Source: an uncultured Pseudomonadota bacterium (GTDB lineage Bacteria; Myxococcota_A; Polyangia; Fen-1088). From it: 64,000 nucleotides of DNA. Position numbers and translations under genes: made by a program. Location of the stretch: contig CAWKBC010000030.1 in NCBI GenBank assembly GCA_963847705.1, forward strand, positions 256,001 through 320,000, given 5' to 3'. A model generated the notes under the pieces. It did not search any database and was not told where the DNA came from. It saw only the letters and a list, made by a program, of their open reading frames with translations. Positions 29,087 to 38,231 of the stretch are shown here, piece by piece (position 1 is the stretch's first letter; every line of letters starts with the position of its first letter).

Positions 29087-31069
29087 ATGACTGACACTGT
29101 CGTTACAACGGGACCCGGACCAAAAGGACCAATCGGACAAAGTCTGCTGGTGCCCGCGCCGCCGCGCGCGCGCCTCGACGCCGCCGTGGCCGCCGCGCGC
29201 GACTGGCTCTGCGCGCGGCAGACCCCGGAGGGGTTCTGGCAGGGGGAGCTGGAAGGGGACACCACCCTGGAAAGCTACCTCATCTTGCTGGAAGCGTTCT
29301 TCAATCGACGCGAGACCGACAAGGTGCGCGATCTGGCCCGGGTCATCCGCGCCGAGGCGCTGCCGGGCGGCGGCTGGAGCCAGTATCAAGGAGGTCCGCC
29401 CGAGCTGTCGGTGTCGTGCCTCAGCTACTTCGCGCTGAAGGTGGCGGGCGAGTCGCCGGAGGCGCCGCACATGCGCGCCGCGCGCGCCGCCATCCGCGCG
29501 CTGGGTGGCGTCGGGCGCGCCAACACCTACACGCGCCACCACCTGGCGATGTTCGGGCAAGTCTCCTGGGAGAGCGTCCCGGCGATCCCGCCCGAGATGC
29601 TCTTCTTCCCGCGGCAGGCGCCGTTCTCCGTCTATGACCTGTCGGCCTGGTCGCGCACTATCTTCGTTCCACTCTCCATCATCTGGGCCGAAAAGCCGGT
29701 GATCGCGCTCCCCGCGTCCTGCGGCGTCCCGGAGCTCCTCGACGATGCGCGCGAGCTCGGCCGGGTCGATCCTCCGCCGGCCGCCGACTGGAAGACCGTC
29801 TTCCACGGCATCGACAAGCTGCTCAAGGTCGGCGAGCGGGTTCCCGGCGCCGGCCTGTTGCGCCGGCGGGCGGTCAAGGGCGCGGGCGCCTGGATGATCG
29901 AGCGGCTGGCCGAGTCCGACGGCCTCTCCGCCATCCTGCCGGCGATGGCCAACAGCGCGCTGGCGCTCAGCCTGCTCGGCTACAGCGAGAAGCATCCGCT
30001 GCTGGCCGAGGCGCTCGGCCACCTCGACGGGCTCTTGCTTCGGGACGAGGACGGCCTGCGCGTGCAGCCTTGCCTCTCGCCCGTCTGGGACACCGTGCTG
30101 GCGACGCATGCGCTCCTGCAAGGGTCGGTCGCGCCCGACGATCCCGCCGTCGCCCGCGCCGTGACCTGGCTGCTCGGCAAACAGACGCGGCGCCCGGGCG
30201 ACTGGGCCGTGCGCAACCCGGCGCCGCCCGGCGGCTGGTACTTCGAAGGGCGGAACGAGTTCTATCCCGACGTCGACGACACCTGCATGGCGCTCATGGT
30301 GCTGGCGCAGGCGCACGCCGGCGGCACGCCGGAGGCGCGCGCCGAGGCGATGCGGCGGGGCCTGGCCTGGATGATGGGGATGCAGAACGACGACGGCGGC
30401 TGGGCCAGCTTCGACCGCGGCAACGACAAGCACTGGCTGACGGCCGTGCCGTTCGCCGACCACAACGCCATGATCGATCCCAGCACCGCCGACATCACGG
30501 CGCGCGTGCTGGAGAGCCTCAGCCACTTCCCCGGGTACCTGTCCAACCTGGGCGTCGCCCATCCGGCCGTCACCCGCGCGCTCGGGTTCCTGCGTCGCGA
30601 TCAGACCACCGAGGGGTGCTGGTACGGCCGCTGGGGGGTCAACTACCTCTACGGCACCTGGCAGGTGTTGCGCGGCCTCGCCGCGATCGGCGAGGACCTG
30701 GAGGCGCCTTACGTGCGGCGGGCCGTTCGCTGGTTGCTCGGACGGCAGAACGACGACGGTGGCTGGGGCGAGAGCATCGCCAGCTACGACCAGCCGGGGC
30801 AAAAGGGGGTCGGCCCCTCGACGCCCAGCCAGACCGCCTGGGCGCTCATGGGGCTCATCGCGGCCGGCGAGACGGCCAGCGCAGCGGTGAAGCGCGGCGT
30901 CCTCCACCTCCTCGATCGGCAAACCTCGGACGGCACCTGGGAGCAGCTCCACTGGACCGGGACCGGCTTCCCCAAGGTTTTCTACCTGAACTACCATCAT
31001 TACCGGCACTACTTCCCGCTGATGGCGCTCTCGCAGTACCGCGCGGGCGTGACGGCCCCGGCCCCCTAG
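29087..31069 (+). CDS. shc: Squalene-hopene cyclase (start may be ~29149)
   Basis: Catalytic DVDDT (DXDD), QW repeats (QNDDGGW), SPVWDT, WYGRWGVNY, GTGFPKVFYL. Confidence 0.95.
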   Translation: MTDTVVTTGPGPKGPIGQSLLVPAPPRARLDAAVAAARDWLCARQTPEGFWQGELEGDTTLESYLILLEAFFNRRETDKVRDLARVIRAEALPGGGWSQYQGGPPELSVSCLSYFALKVAGESPEAPHMRAARAAIRALGGVGRANTYTRHHLAMFGQVSWESVPAIPPEMLFFPRQAPFSVYDLSAWSRTIFVPLSIIWAEKPVIALPASCGVPELLDDARELGRVDPPPAADWKTVFHGIDKLLKVGERVPGAGLLRRRAVKGAGAWMIERLAESDGLSAILPAMANSALALSLLGYSEKHPLLAEALGHLDGLLLRDEDGLRVQPCLSPVWDTVLATHALLQGSVAPDDPAVARAVTWLLGKQTRRPGDWAVRNPAPPGGWYFEGRNEFYPDVDDTCMALMVLAQAHAGGTPEARAEAMRRGLAWMMGMQNDDGGWASFDRGNDKHWLTAVPFADHNAMIDPSTADITARVLESLSHFPGYLSNLGVAHPAVTRALGFLRRDQTTEGCWYGRWGVNYLYGTWQVLRGLAAIGEDLEAPYVRRAVRWLLGRQNDDGGWGESIASYDQPGQKGVGPSTPSQTAWALMGLIAAGETASAAVKRGVLHLLDRQTSDGTWEQLHWTGTGFPKVFYLNYHHYRHYFPLMALSQYRAGVTAPAP

Positions 31070-31161
31070 GAGGACGTCGCTGCAAGGCGACGGGGAGCGG
31101 AGCGAACGCGGTCGACCACTCGGCCCGACGACCTGCCGCCCGATAGGCGGCCGCGCGCCGC

Positions 31162-32064
31162 TCACGCCTCCACGGGGAGCGGGCGCACGTTCGTCATTCC
31201 GCTGGCGATCTCGGCGGCGATCTTCACCACCGTCGTGCGCGTCAGCTTGGCGCCCAGCCCCTGGTCGCGAAGGATCTGCAGGTTGGCCGAGGCCAGCTTG
31301 CAGATGAACGCGTTGAAGGCGACCAGCCCCGCCTCCGCGCCGCCGTCGCGCAGGAGATCGACGTACGTGACAGCGGCGGCGAGATCTTTGCGTGCCAGCA
31401 CGAACACCTCGGCCAGCGGTGCCTGGCGCGGAAGGAACGTGCGCCCCTCGGCGGCGTCCGGGCGCGCGTCCTTCAAGATGTTCACCAGCTGCAGACCCTC
31501 GCCGAACTCGGCCGCGTGGCTTCGCAGCTCGGCCGCCACGCGGGCCAGCGAGGGCCTTCCGATCAGGAACAGCTCGGTCAGCATCTCGCCGACGATGCCC
31601 GCCACGGCGTAGCAATAGGATTTGAGATCCTGGATGGTGTCGAGCTGCAGCGTGCCGGCCGGCTCGATCCGGGCGACGAAGGCCGCCATCCCCTCGGCGC
31701 TGCGCGCGACGTGCGTCCGCAGGACGGCCTGCGCCTCCGGGCGAAGCGCCTGGTACTGCGCCAGCACGTACGGGGTGCGGGCCAGCAGCTCCTGATAGCC
31801 CGCGTGCTCGAGCGGCGGCTCGCGCGTCCAGCTCTCCGCCAGGGCTTGCGACTCGGCGGCCGGGCGGTCGAGGAGCGCGGCGAACTCTCGGAGCGCCTTC
31901 TGGCGCACCGCCGGGGTCCAGAGGACGGCATCCTCGAAGGTGTCGATGATGCGGAAAAGCAGATAGGCGATTCCGACCTCGTCGCGGGTCGGCTGCGGCA
32001 GGCAGGGGATCGTGAGCGCGAACGTCCGGCTCGTTTTCTGTAAGAGATCTTCGATGTCCGTCAA
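31162..32064 (-). CDS. Single-subunit squalene synthase (SQS/FDFT1-like)
   Basis: SRTFAL, YLLFRIIDTFED, YCYAVAGIVG and LQLVNILKD motifs; TTG start 32064 behind a GAGG RBS; next to shc. Confidence 0.8.
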   Translation of the reverse strand: MTDIEDLLQKTSRTFALTIPCLPQPTRDEVGIAYLLFRIIDTFEDAVLWTPAVRQKALREFAALLDRPAAESQALAESWTREPPLEHAGYQELLARTPYVLAQYQALRPEAQAVLRTHVARSAEGMAAFVARIEPAGTLQLDTIQDLKSYCYAVAGIVGEMLTELFLIGRPSLARVAAELRSHAAEFGEGLQLVNILKDARPDAAEGRTFLPRQAPLAEVFVLARKDLAAAVTYVDLLRDGGAEAGLVAFNAFICKLASANLQILRDQGLGAKLTRTTVVKIAAEIASGMTNVRPLPVEA

Positions 32065-32130
32065 GCCCTCATCCTCGCGAATCCCAAAGGAATAAGGCCG
32101 CGCGAAGATAAAAGCAATGCGAACCAAAAC

Positions 32131-33663
32131 TCATGCAGCGCGCGAACGGACCTCGAAGACGTTGGTACCCCAAGCGGGGAGATCGAGATAGAGCCCCTCG
32201 CGCGCCAGGGTCCGGCCTTCGCGCTCGTAGCGCGCGTCGCCGATGAGGTCCGTGAGGACCAGCACGCCCTCTTCGAGGTTGTCGAGCGCGACCTCCGCGT
32301 AGCACTGGGCGCGCGTCGGACCGTAGTTGATCGCCACCAGCAGCTGGCCGTCGTCTTCGGTGCCCGAGCCCTGCCAGGTGAAGGCGATGAAATTGTCCCA
32401 GCTGGGGTTGCCGCTCCAGGCGGCGCGGCAGGCGCAGAGGCGCCAGACGCCGTCGTGGGTCTCCGGGCGGCGCAGACAGGCCAGCAGCCGCTCGTAGAAC
32501 GCGCCCAGCGCTTCGTCTGGTTTCTCCGCCATCCGTCGGGCGAGGTGGATCGCCGCGTGCGCCTGGCGTCCTTCGAGCTCCCCCTCCTGAAAAAGACGCA
32601 GGCCGGGGACCAGAAAGGACGTCACGGCGGCGGCCCGGTGCATGTCGGGTGGGAAGAGGGCGGCGGCCCGCGGCTCGTCGTGGTTCTCCAGGAAGTGCAG
32701 CGTTCGATCGCGGAAGGCCGGCGCCGCCTGGAGGTGCTGGCGCACCGGCCGCGCCTGGCCCGCGCGCAGGCGGTCGTAGAGCCGCTTGTCATAGGTGAAG
32801 TCGAAACCCTCTTCTTGCAGCGTCCACTCGAGGTCCCAGTAGGCTTCGGCGACGAAGAGGAACTGCGGGTGCCGCGACCGAATCCGCGCGATGGCCTCGG
32901 GCCAGAACGACCGGTCGATGGCCGGTGTGCCGTCGCGCGGGCGCGCGCGCTCGCCCCAGGTGCGGGCGATGACCTCCGGCTCCAGCAACATCGCCATGTC
33001 GCAGCGGACGCCGTCCGCGCGCGCAGCGACACTCTCCAGCTCGGCGAGCATCGCGTCACGGAGACCGCCGTGGCGGAAGTTGAGCTGGAGCGTGTCGTTC
33101 CAGCCCGGAAAGTTCGGATCGCGGCCGTGCGCGAAGATCCTTCGTCCCTGCGCCGTCTGCAGCGCGACGTAGTTCCTGGGCTCGCGGCGGAGATCGTCCT
33201 CGTCCCCCTCCATGAGGAACTCCGGATGCGCGTCGACCCAGGGGTGATCGAGCGCGACGTGGTTGGGGACGAAGTCCACCAGCAGGCGCAGCTCCCGGCG
33301 GTGCAGGCGCTCGCGCAACCGGGCCAGCGCCGGATCGCCGCCGAAGTCGCGGTGCACCTGATAGCCGACGATGGCGAACGGTGAGCCGACGATGTCGGCC
33401 TCGCCCAGGTCGGGCAGGGACTTTTGCAGGTCGGCGCGGCTCGCCGGCGCGCGCGCGCCCTGCTGGCCGGCCAGGCCCGTCTGCCAGACGCCCAGCATCC
33501 AGATCCAGCGGAACCCCCGCGCGGCGGCCCGATCGAACAGCTCGTCCGGCAGCGCGTCGAGCGTGGCCTGGCGCGCGCCCGCAGCCGCCGTCTCGCCGAC
33601 GAGCATCCGCGGGTTGACCTGATAGAGCAGCGGGAACCTGGACCCCGGCGCGCGCGTCGTCAT
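32131..33663 (-). CDS. GH13 alpha-amylase family glycosidase
   Basis: DFVPNH, DGVRCDMA, AEAYW and FLENHDE catalytic regions; ATG 33663. Confidence 0.88.
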   Translation of the reverse strand: MTTRAPGSRFPLLYQVNPRMLVGETAAAGARQATLDALPDELFDRAAARGFRWIWMLGVWQTGLAGQQGARAPASRADLQKSLPDLGEADIVGSPFAIVGYQVHRDFGGDPALARLRERLHRRELRLLVDFVPNHVALDHPWVDAHPEFLMEGDEDDLRREPRNYVALQTAQGRRIFAHGRDPNFPGWNDTLQLNFRHGGLRDAMLAELESVAARADGVRCDMAMLLEPEVIARTWGERARPRDGTPAIDRSFWPEAIARIRSRHPQFLFVAEAYWDLEWTLQEEGFDFTYDKRLYDRLRAGQARPVRQHLQAAPAFRDRTLHFLENHDEPRAAALFPPDMHRAAAVTSFLVPGLRLFQEGELEGRQAHAAIHLARRMAEKPDEALGAFYERLLACLRRPETHDGVWRLCACRAAWSGNPSWDNFIAFTWQGSGTEDDGQLLVAINYGPTRAQCYAEVALDNLEEGVLVLTDLIGDARYEREGRTLAREGLYLDLPAWGTNVFEVRSRAA

Positions 33664-33710
33664 CAGGCCCTGATCGTCGGTGGGGGGGCGAACGCCGCCC
33701 AAGGTCGGCA

Positions 33711-35327
33711 CTACTTGCTGGCGGCGTGCGCGGGCGGATTGGCCAGCCAGGCGCCGAACGCGTCGATCAACACCTCCGGCGGCAGCCGATCGAACGAGCT
33801 GACCAGCCAGTCCATCGCCTCGGCGTGGCGCTGGGCGCGCAGCAGCGCCTTGAAGCCTTGCAACCCGAGCGCCGGGTCCTTCATCAAGGGGATCAGCTCC
33901 TTGACGTCGGCGCTGGCGTAGACGATCCGGCGCGACTCGGGCGAAGCGTAGGGGTCCTTCTTCACCGCCGCGGCCAGCGGCTGATAGATCGCGCGTCCCG
34001 CCCCGTCGGTGCGCTCGGAGAGCGCGGCCAGCACCGGCACACGCAGCATGGGATCGTTGCGCTTCTGCATCTTCATCAGCAGGTCGAGCGTGGCCGCCGA
34101 CGTCTGCTTGCCGAGCTCGGGCGCCATCGCCACCAGCGGCTCCGGCTCGCGCGACTTCATCAAGGGCATCACGTAGTCGATGGCCAGATCCCCGCACGCA
34201 CGGATGAGGCCGGCAGCCACCGTCGTCCGCACCTCGAGCGAGGGATCCTTCACCAGCGGCTGCAGCCGATACAGCGTCGGCCGTCCGCCGCCCGGTCGGG
34301 CAAAGACCGTGGCGGCGGTGGCGCGCATCTGGGCGTCGCTGTCGCCGAGCGCGTTGAGAGCGGGACGGCGCGCGCTCGCCGGGCTGACGATCGCCAGCGC
34401 CTTCAGGACCTCGGCGCGCAGCGGGGCCGGCAGCGCGTCCATCTTCAACAGGTCGCCGAGCGTCGCCACACAGGGCGAGCCCGCGGGCAGCTCGGCGCCC
34501 GCCACCTGCAGCACGCGGGTGGCGAACCAGATGCCGTCAGGATCGGTCGGCTTGAGACGGGAGCGCACCTGCGCGCAGAGATCGACCTTGATCGCCGCCA
34601 GCGCCGGGGCGGCGATCGGCAGCGTGTCGGGGCGATTGAGCGCGGGGCGCAGGCGGTCGGCCTGGCGCGCGTCGCCGACATGGGCCAGCGCCGCGGCGGC
34701 GCGCGCATCCAGGGCGGGGTCGGTTTGCGGCCGCACCAGCCAGGCGCGCGCGAAGGTGGACATCGCACCGGCGTCCCCGTTGCGCGTGTAGCGGGCCACG
34801 CGCAGGAGCGCTTCCTTGATCCGCCCTTGGTAGAAGAGGCGTGGCAGGGCCTCGGCCAGCGGCGCCTCGACCCGGCGCACCTCGCCTCCCGAGTCGAGGC
34901 GGGCGTCGCGGGCGAAGATCCAGCGGAAGTGGGCCACGCCGTCATCGCCGTAAACGTCGATCGGAGGGACGGGGAACGGGCGATCGCCCTTCACCGCGTG
35001 GACCGCGGCCTGATCGAAGGCGGCCACCCCCGAGCCGCTGATCACGGTCACTTCGGCCGGGCTGCCGTCCCAGCGAACCGTGAAGAGGATCTCCGTCTCC
35101 AGCGACATCTTGTTCAACGGATCGGTCGGGGGGCGCTTGGCCGCCACGTCCTCGATGAATAGGTTCGCCCAGCGAAAATGGATCGCCCGGTGGAGCGCCC
35201 GCAGGTAGTCCCCCTCGGCACCTGTCGCGGTGATGGGCGGCTCCGGCGCCGGCGCGCTGGCCTGGGCGGCGCCCGCCAGGGCACACATCGCCAGGAGACC
35301 CAGCGCAAGAGGACGAAAACGGAGCAT
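33711..35327 (-). CDS. Secreted TonB/TolA C-terminal-like domain plus HEAT-repeat protein
   Basis: Signal peptide; FTVRWDG...SGSG..FDQAAV.AV...PFP.PP; HEAT-like D.D..(M/V)R repeats. Confidence 0.65.
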   Translation of the reverse strand: MLRFRPLALGLLAMCALAGAAQASAPAPEPPITATGAEGDYLRALHRAIHFRWANLFIEDVAAKRPPTDPLNKMSLETEILFTVRWDGSPAEVTVISGSGVAAFDQAAVHAVKGDRPFPVPPIDVYGDDGVAHFRWIFARDARLDSGGEVRRVEAPLAEALPRLFYQGRIKEALLRVARYTRNGDAGAMSTFARAWLVRPQTDPALDARAAAALAHVGDARQADRLRPALNRPDTLPIAAPALAAIKVDLCAQVRSRLKPTDPDGIWFATRVLQVAGAELPAGSPCVATLGDLLKMDALPAPLRAEVLKALAIVSPASARRPALNALGDSDAQMRATAATVFARPGGGRPTLYRLQPLVKDPSLEVRTTVAAGLIRACGDLAIDYVMPLMKSREPEPLVAMAPELGKQTSAATLDLLMKMQKRNDPMLRVPVLAALSERTDGAGRAIYQPLAAAVKKDPYASPESRRIVYASADVKELIPLMKDPALGLQGFKALLRAQRHAEAMDWLVSSFDRLPPEVLIDAFGAWLANPPAHAASK

Positions 35328-35339
35328 ATTGACGTCGCT

Positions 35340-36713
35340 GTGTCGGGACATCGAAAGCGGTCGCCCAGAGGTTACTCCCTATCGCTGCGCGCCGTCCACG
35401 CGATCTGCCTCGGCGCGGCCGTCGCCGCCCTCGGAATCGGCCCGGCGGCCGCACAGAAACCTGACGCGCCGGGGCCCTTCTCCGACTATCGCCTCGAACG
35501 GCCGGGCGCCTCGCACAAGATCACCGTCGCGGATCTCCCGCCGCCCCGCGCGGCCGAGTCGGTCGACAATGGGCCGTTCCTGGTGCCGCGCCCGAAGAAC
35601 GCCGTTCCGGTGGCCCCGCCGGGGTTCAAGGTCGACCTCTACGCCGACGGGCTCTCCAACCCGCGTCTCGTCCGCACGGCGCCGAATGGCGATCTGTTCC
35701 TCGCCGAGAGCGGCGTGGGCGAGATCAAGGTCGTTCGCGGCGTTCGCGCCGACGGCCGCGCCGCGCAGGTGGAACGATTCGCCGCCGGTCTGAACAAGCC
35801 GTTCGGGATCGCCTTCTACCCGGCGGGCGACGCCCCCCAGTGGGTTTACGTGGCGAACACCGACTCCGTCGTCCGCTTCCCTTACGTGAGCGGCGATCTG
35901 CGGGCGCGCGGCCCGGCCGAGACGGTGGTTCCCGACCTCCCCGGCGGCGGCCACCTCCGCGGCGGCGGGCACTGGACCCGGGACCTCGCCTTCTCTCGCG
36001 ACGGGAAGACCATGTTCGTGTCGGTCGGGTCGCACTCGAACGTCGACGACACCGACGGCAACGCCGCCGAGTTTCACCGGGCCGACGTGCTGGCTTTCGA
36101 TGTCGACTTGCTCGACGGGAAGTTGCCCGCCGCGAGGAACCCGCGCGTCTACGCCTCCGGGATCCGGAACGCGGTCGGGATCGCCGTCCATCCGCAGAGC
36201 GGCGAGCTCTGGGTCTCGGTCAACGAGCGCGATCTCCTGGGCGACAACCTGGTTCCCGACTACATCACCCACATCGAGCAAGGCGGCTTCTACGGCTGGC
36301 CCTGGTACTACATCGGCGGGCACCAGGACCCGCGGCACGCCGGCAAGCACCCCGAGCTCGCGGCCAAGGTCATCGTCCCCGATGTGCTGCTGCAGCCGCA
36401 CGACGCCTCGCTGGAGATGACCTTCTACGACGGCGGGCAGTTTCCCGCCGAATACCGGGGCGACATCTTCGCCGCCGAGCACGGGTCGTGGAACCGCAAG
36501 GTCCGCAGCGGGTACGAGTTGGTCCGGGTGCCGATGCACGGCCGCACCCGGGCGAGCGGCGACTACCAGGACTTCCTGACCGGCTTCGTGAGCCCCTCGG
36601 GCGACGTCTGGGGACGGCCGGTCGGTGTGGCGGTGGCCAAGGACGGCGCCTTGATGGTGACCGACGACGGCTCGAATGCGATCTGGCGCGTCAGCTACGT
36701 CGGCAAGAAGTAG
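35340..36713 (+). CDS. Sorbosone dehydrogenase / PQQ-dependent sugar dehydrogenase family (start uncertain)
   Basis: GHWTR, YASGIRN, NERD.LGDNLVPDY, FYGWP, HGSWNR and WGRPVGV motifs. Confidence 0.88.
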   Translation: MSGHRKRSPRGYSLSLRAVHAICLGAAVAALGIGPAAAQKPDAPGPFSDYRLERPGASHKITVADLPPPRAAESVDNGPFLVPRPKNAVPVAPPGFKVDLYADGLSNPRLVRTAPNGDLFLAESGVGEIKVVRGVRADGRAAQVERFAAGLNKPFGIAFYPAGDAPQWVYVANTDSVVRFPYVSGDLRARGPAETVVPDLPGGGHLRGGGHWTRDLAFSRDGKTMFVSVGSHSNVDDTDGNAAEFHRADVLAFDVDLLDGKLPAARNPRVYASGIRNAVGIAVHPQSGELWVSVNERDLLGDNLVPDYITHIEQGGFYGWPWYYIGGHQDPRHAGKHPELAAKVIVPDVLLQPHDASLEMTFYDGGQFPAEYRGDIFAAEHGSWNRKVRSGYELVRVPMHGRTRASGDYQDFLTGFVSPSGDVWGRPVGVAVAKDGALMVTDDGSNAIWRVSYVGKK

Positions 36714-36776
36714 CCAGCTGCTCCGGCAGATCCGCTACGGCAAGGCAAGGAGCAGGGGACCGCTCAGGGCCGCTCG

Positions 36777-38093
36777 TCAGGGGCTCTTCGCCTCATTCCG
36801 GAAGCGCGCCACGGTCGTGGCCGGCGGGTTGATCCGGACGACGCCCGCGTCGGCGTCGACCACCAGGAGGTCCTCCGGGCGCAGCCAGGCGTAGAGGCCG
36901 CGGACCGACGCCAGCAGCGGCAGGCCGGCCGCGCGCACCAGGGCCGCCGGGCCGCTGTCGGCGGCGACATCGCCGTCGACCACGAACGCCGAAGCGCCGG
37001 CGGCGATCGCGTAGGCGGTCGAGAAGAGCCCGAGCCGCTCGCTGGCCAGGATGGCGCCCGAACGGATGAGCGGTCGCCCGTTCGCGCTGGTCATGACGCT
37101 GGCGCCCGCGTGGACCAGCACGCAGAGATCTTCGATCTCGGCGGCGCGCGCGCCCAGCCACTCCGCGGTCGCGGTGTCACCGGCCGGGGCGCTGAAGGGG
37201 ACGCGGGCGTAGGCGCGCGCCAGCTCGGAGAGCGCCTTCAGCGGGGTGGGGGTGGCGCAGGCCTCGGCCAGGCGGCCACGGAAGCGCTCGTCCTCCAGGA
37301 TCACCGCCAGCGAGGCGATCTCGCGCGCCGCGACCCCGGTCACCACGCCGGCCAGCCCACCGCGGAGGCGGTTCCAGATCGCCTCCAGATTGGGCGCCGC
37401 GGGCTCGGCAGGCTTGGCAGGCGTGCCGCCGCTCCTCGCCAGCGCGGCCAGGGTCGGCAGCGCCTCGGCGCGCCCCATCGCCGTCCCGCCGACGATCGTC
37501 ACGCCGGTCAGGCGGACCGTCCGCCGGTCGGCGTCGGCCGCGCGTTGACGCTCGCGCCCTTCGCCGCGCTCGAGCGCATGGTTGAGCACGGCGGCCAGCG
37601 CGGTCGCCAGCACCACCTCTTCCGCGGTGAACGCGGTCGAGGCCCGACGCTGCAGGACCAGCACGCCGGCGGCCGCACCCGCCCGAAGCACCGGGACCGC
37701 CAGCAGCGCCGGGAATTGCTCCTCACCGAGGCCCGGGATGTACTTGAAGCGCGCGTCGCGATCGGCGTCGGCCACCGAGACCGGCCGCAGCCGATCGGCG
37801 GCAAATCCGGTGATCCCCTCGCCACGCCCGAGGTGCACCCGCCCGAGCGCCTCAGGCGGGAAGCCGACGTTGCCGCGCATGGTGAACCGCTCGCCGTCGG
37901 GACCCTCCTCACGCACGTAGACGCTGGCCACGTCCGCGCTGGCGATCGTGGCGATGTCGCCGCACATGGCGGTCAGCACGTCCTCGAGCGGCTCTTCACG
38001 CTCGCCGAGCGAGATCAGACGAAAGATTCCGTCCAGCGTCGTGTGGTCACCGCTGTCGTGAACCTGGTAGCCAGGATTCTTAGCGCGTGCCAT
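36777..38093 (-). CDS. GAF domain plus degenerate PTS enzyme I N-terminal/swivel domain (truncated PtsP-like)
   Basis: PtsP-type GAF (GEGITG, RFKYIPGLGEE). Swivel end LVVDADAGVVRINP. His motif replaced by SGPAA; no PEP-binding barrel. Confidence 0.75.
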   Translation of the reverse strand: MARAKNPGYQVHDSGDHTTLDGIFRLISLGEREEPLEDVLTAMCGDIATIASADVASVYVREEGPDGERFTMRGNVGFPPEALGRVHLGRGEGITGFAADRLRPVSVADADRDARFKYIPGLGEEQFPALLAVPVLRAGAAAGVLVLQRRASTAFTAEEVVLATALAAVLNHALERGEGRERQRAADADRRTVRLTGVTIVGGTAMGRAEALPTLAALARSGGTPAKPAEPAAPNLEAIWNRLRGGLAGVVTGVAAREIASLAVILEDERFRGRLAEACATPTPLKALSELARAYARVPFSAPAGDTATAEWLGARAAEIEDLCVLVHAGASVMTSANGRPLIRSGAILASERLGLFSTAYAIAAGASAFVVDGDVAADSGPAALVRAAGLPLLASVRGLYAWLRPEDLLVVDADAGVVRINPPATTVARFRNEAKSP

Positions 38094-38183
38094 TTGTCGC
38101 CTCGACTTCCAAGATAAGTCGCCGAGTGTTTCCGGCAGCTTTCCAATCGGCAAATTCGCGGTAAGGAACCTACGCCGGACGAC

Positions 38184-38231
38184 GCCTCAGTTGCGGCCTC
38201 AGCTCGGGCCTCGGTTCGGGCCTCAGTTCGG
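38184..38231. repeat. 12-bp tandem repeat x4 (GCCTCAGTTCGG-like) overlapping the pectate-lyase stop codon
   Basis: Units start at 38184, 38196, 38208 and 38220. Confidence 0.8.

Noticed and set aside
29087-31069. Oxidosqualene (sterol) cyclase, as found in some myxobacteria
   Set aside because: It has DVDD (DXDD) rather than DCTAE, and hpn genes are adjacent.
38184-38231. Short repeats as a possible CRISPR array (also 10811-10943 and 54730-54783)
   Set aside because: Head-to-tail units without unique spacers, and no cas genes.
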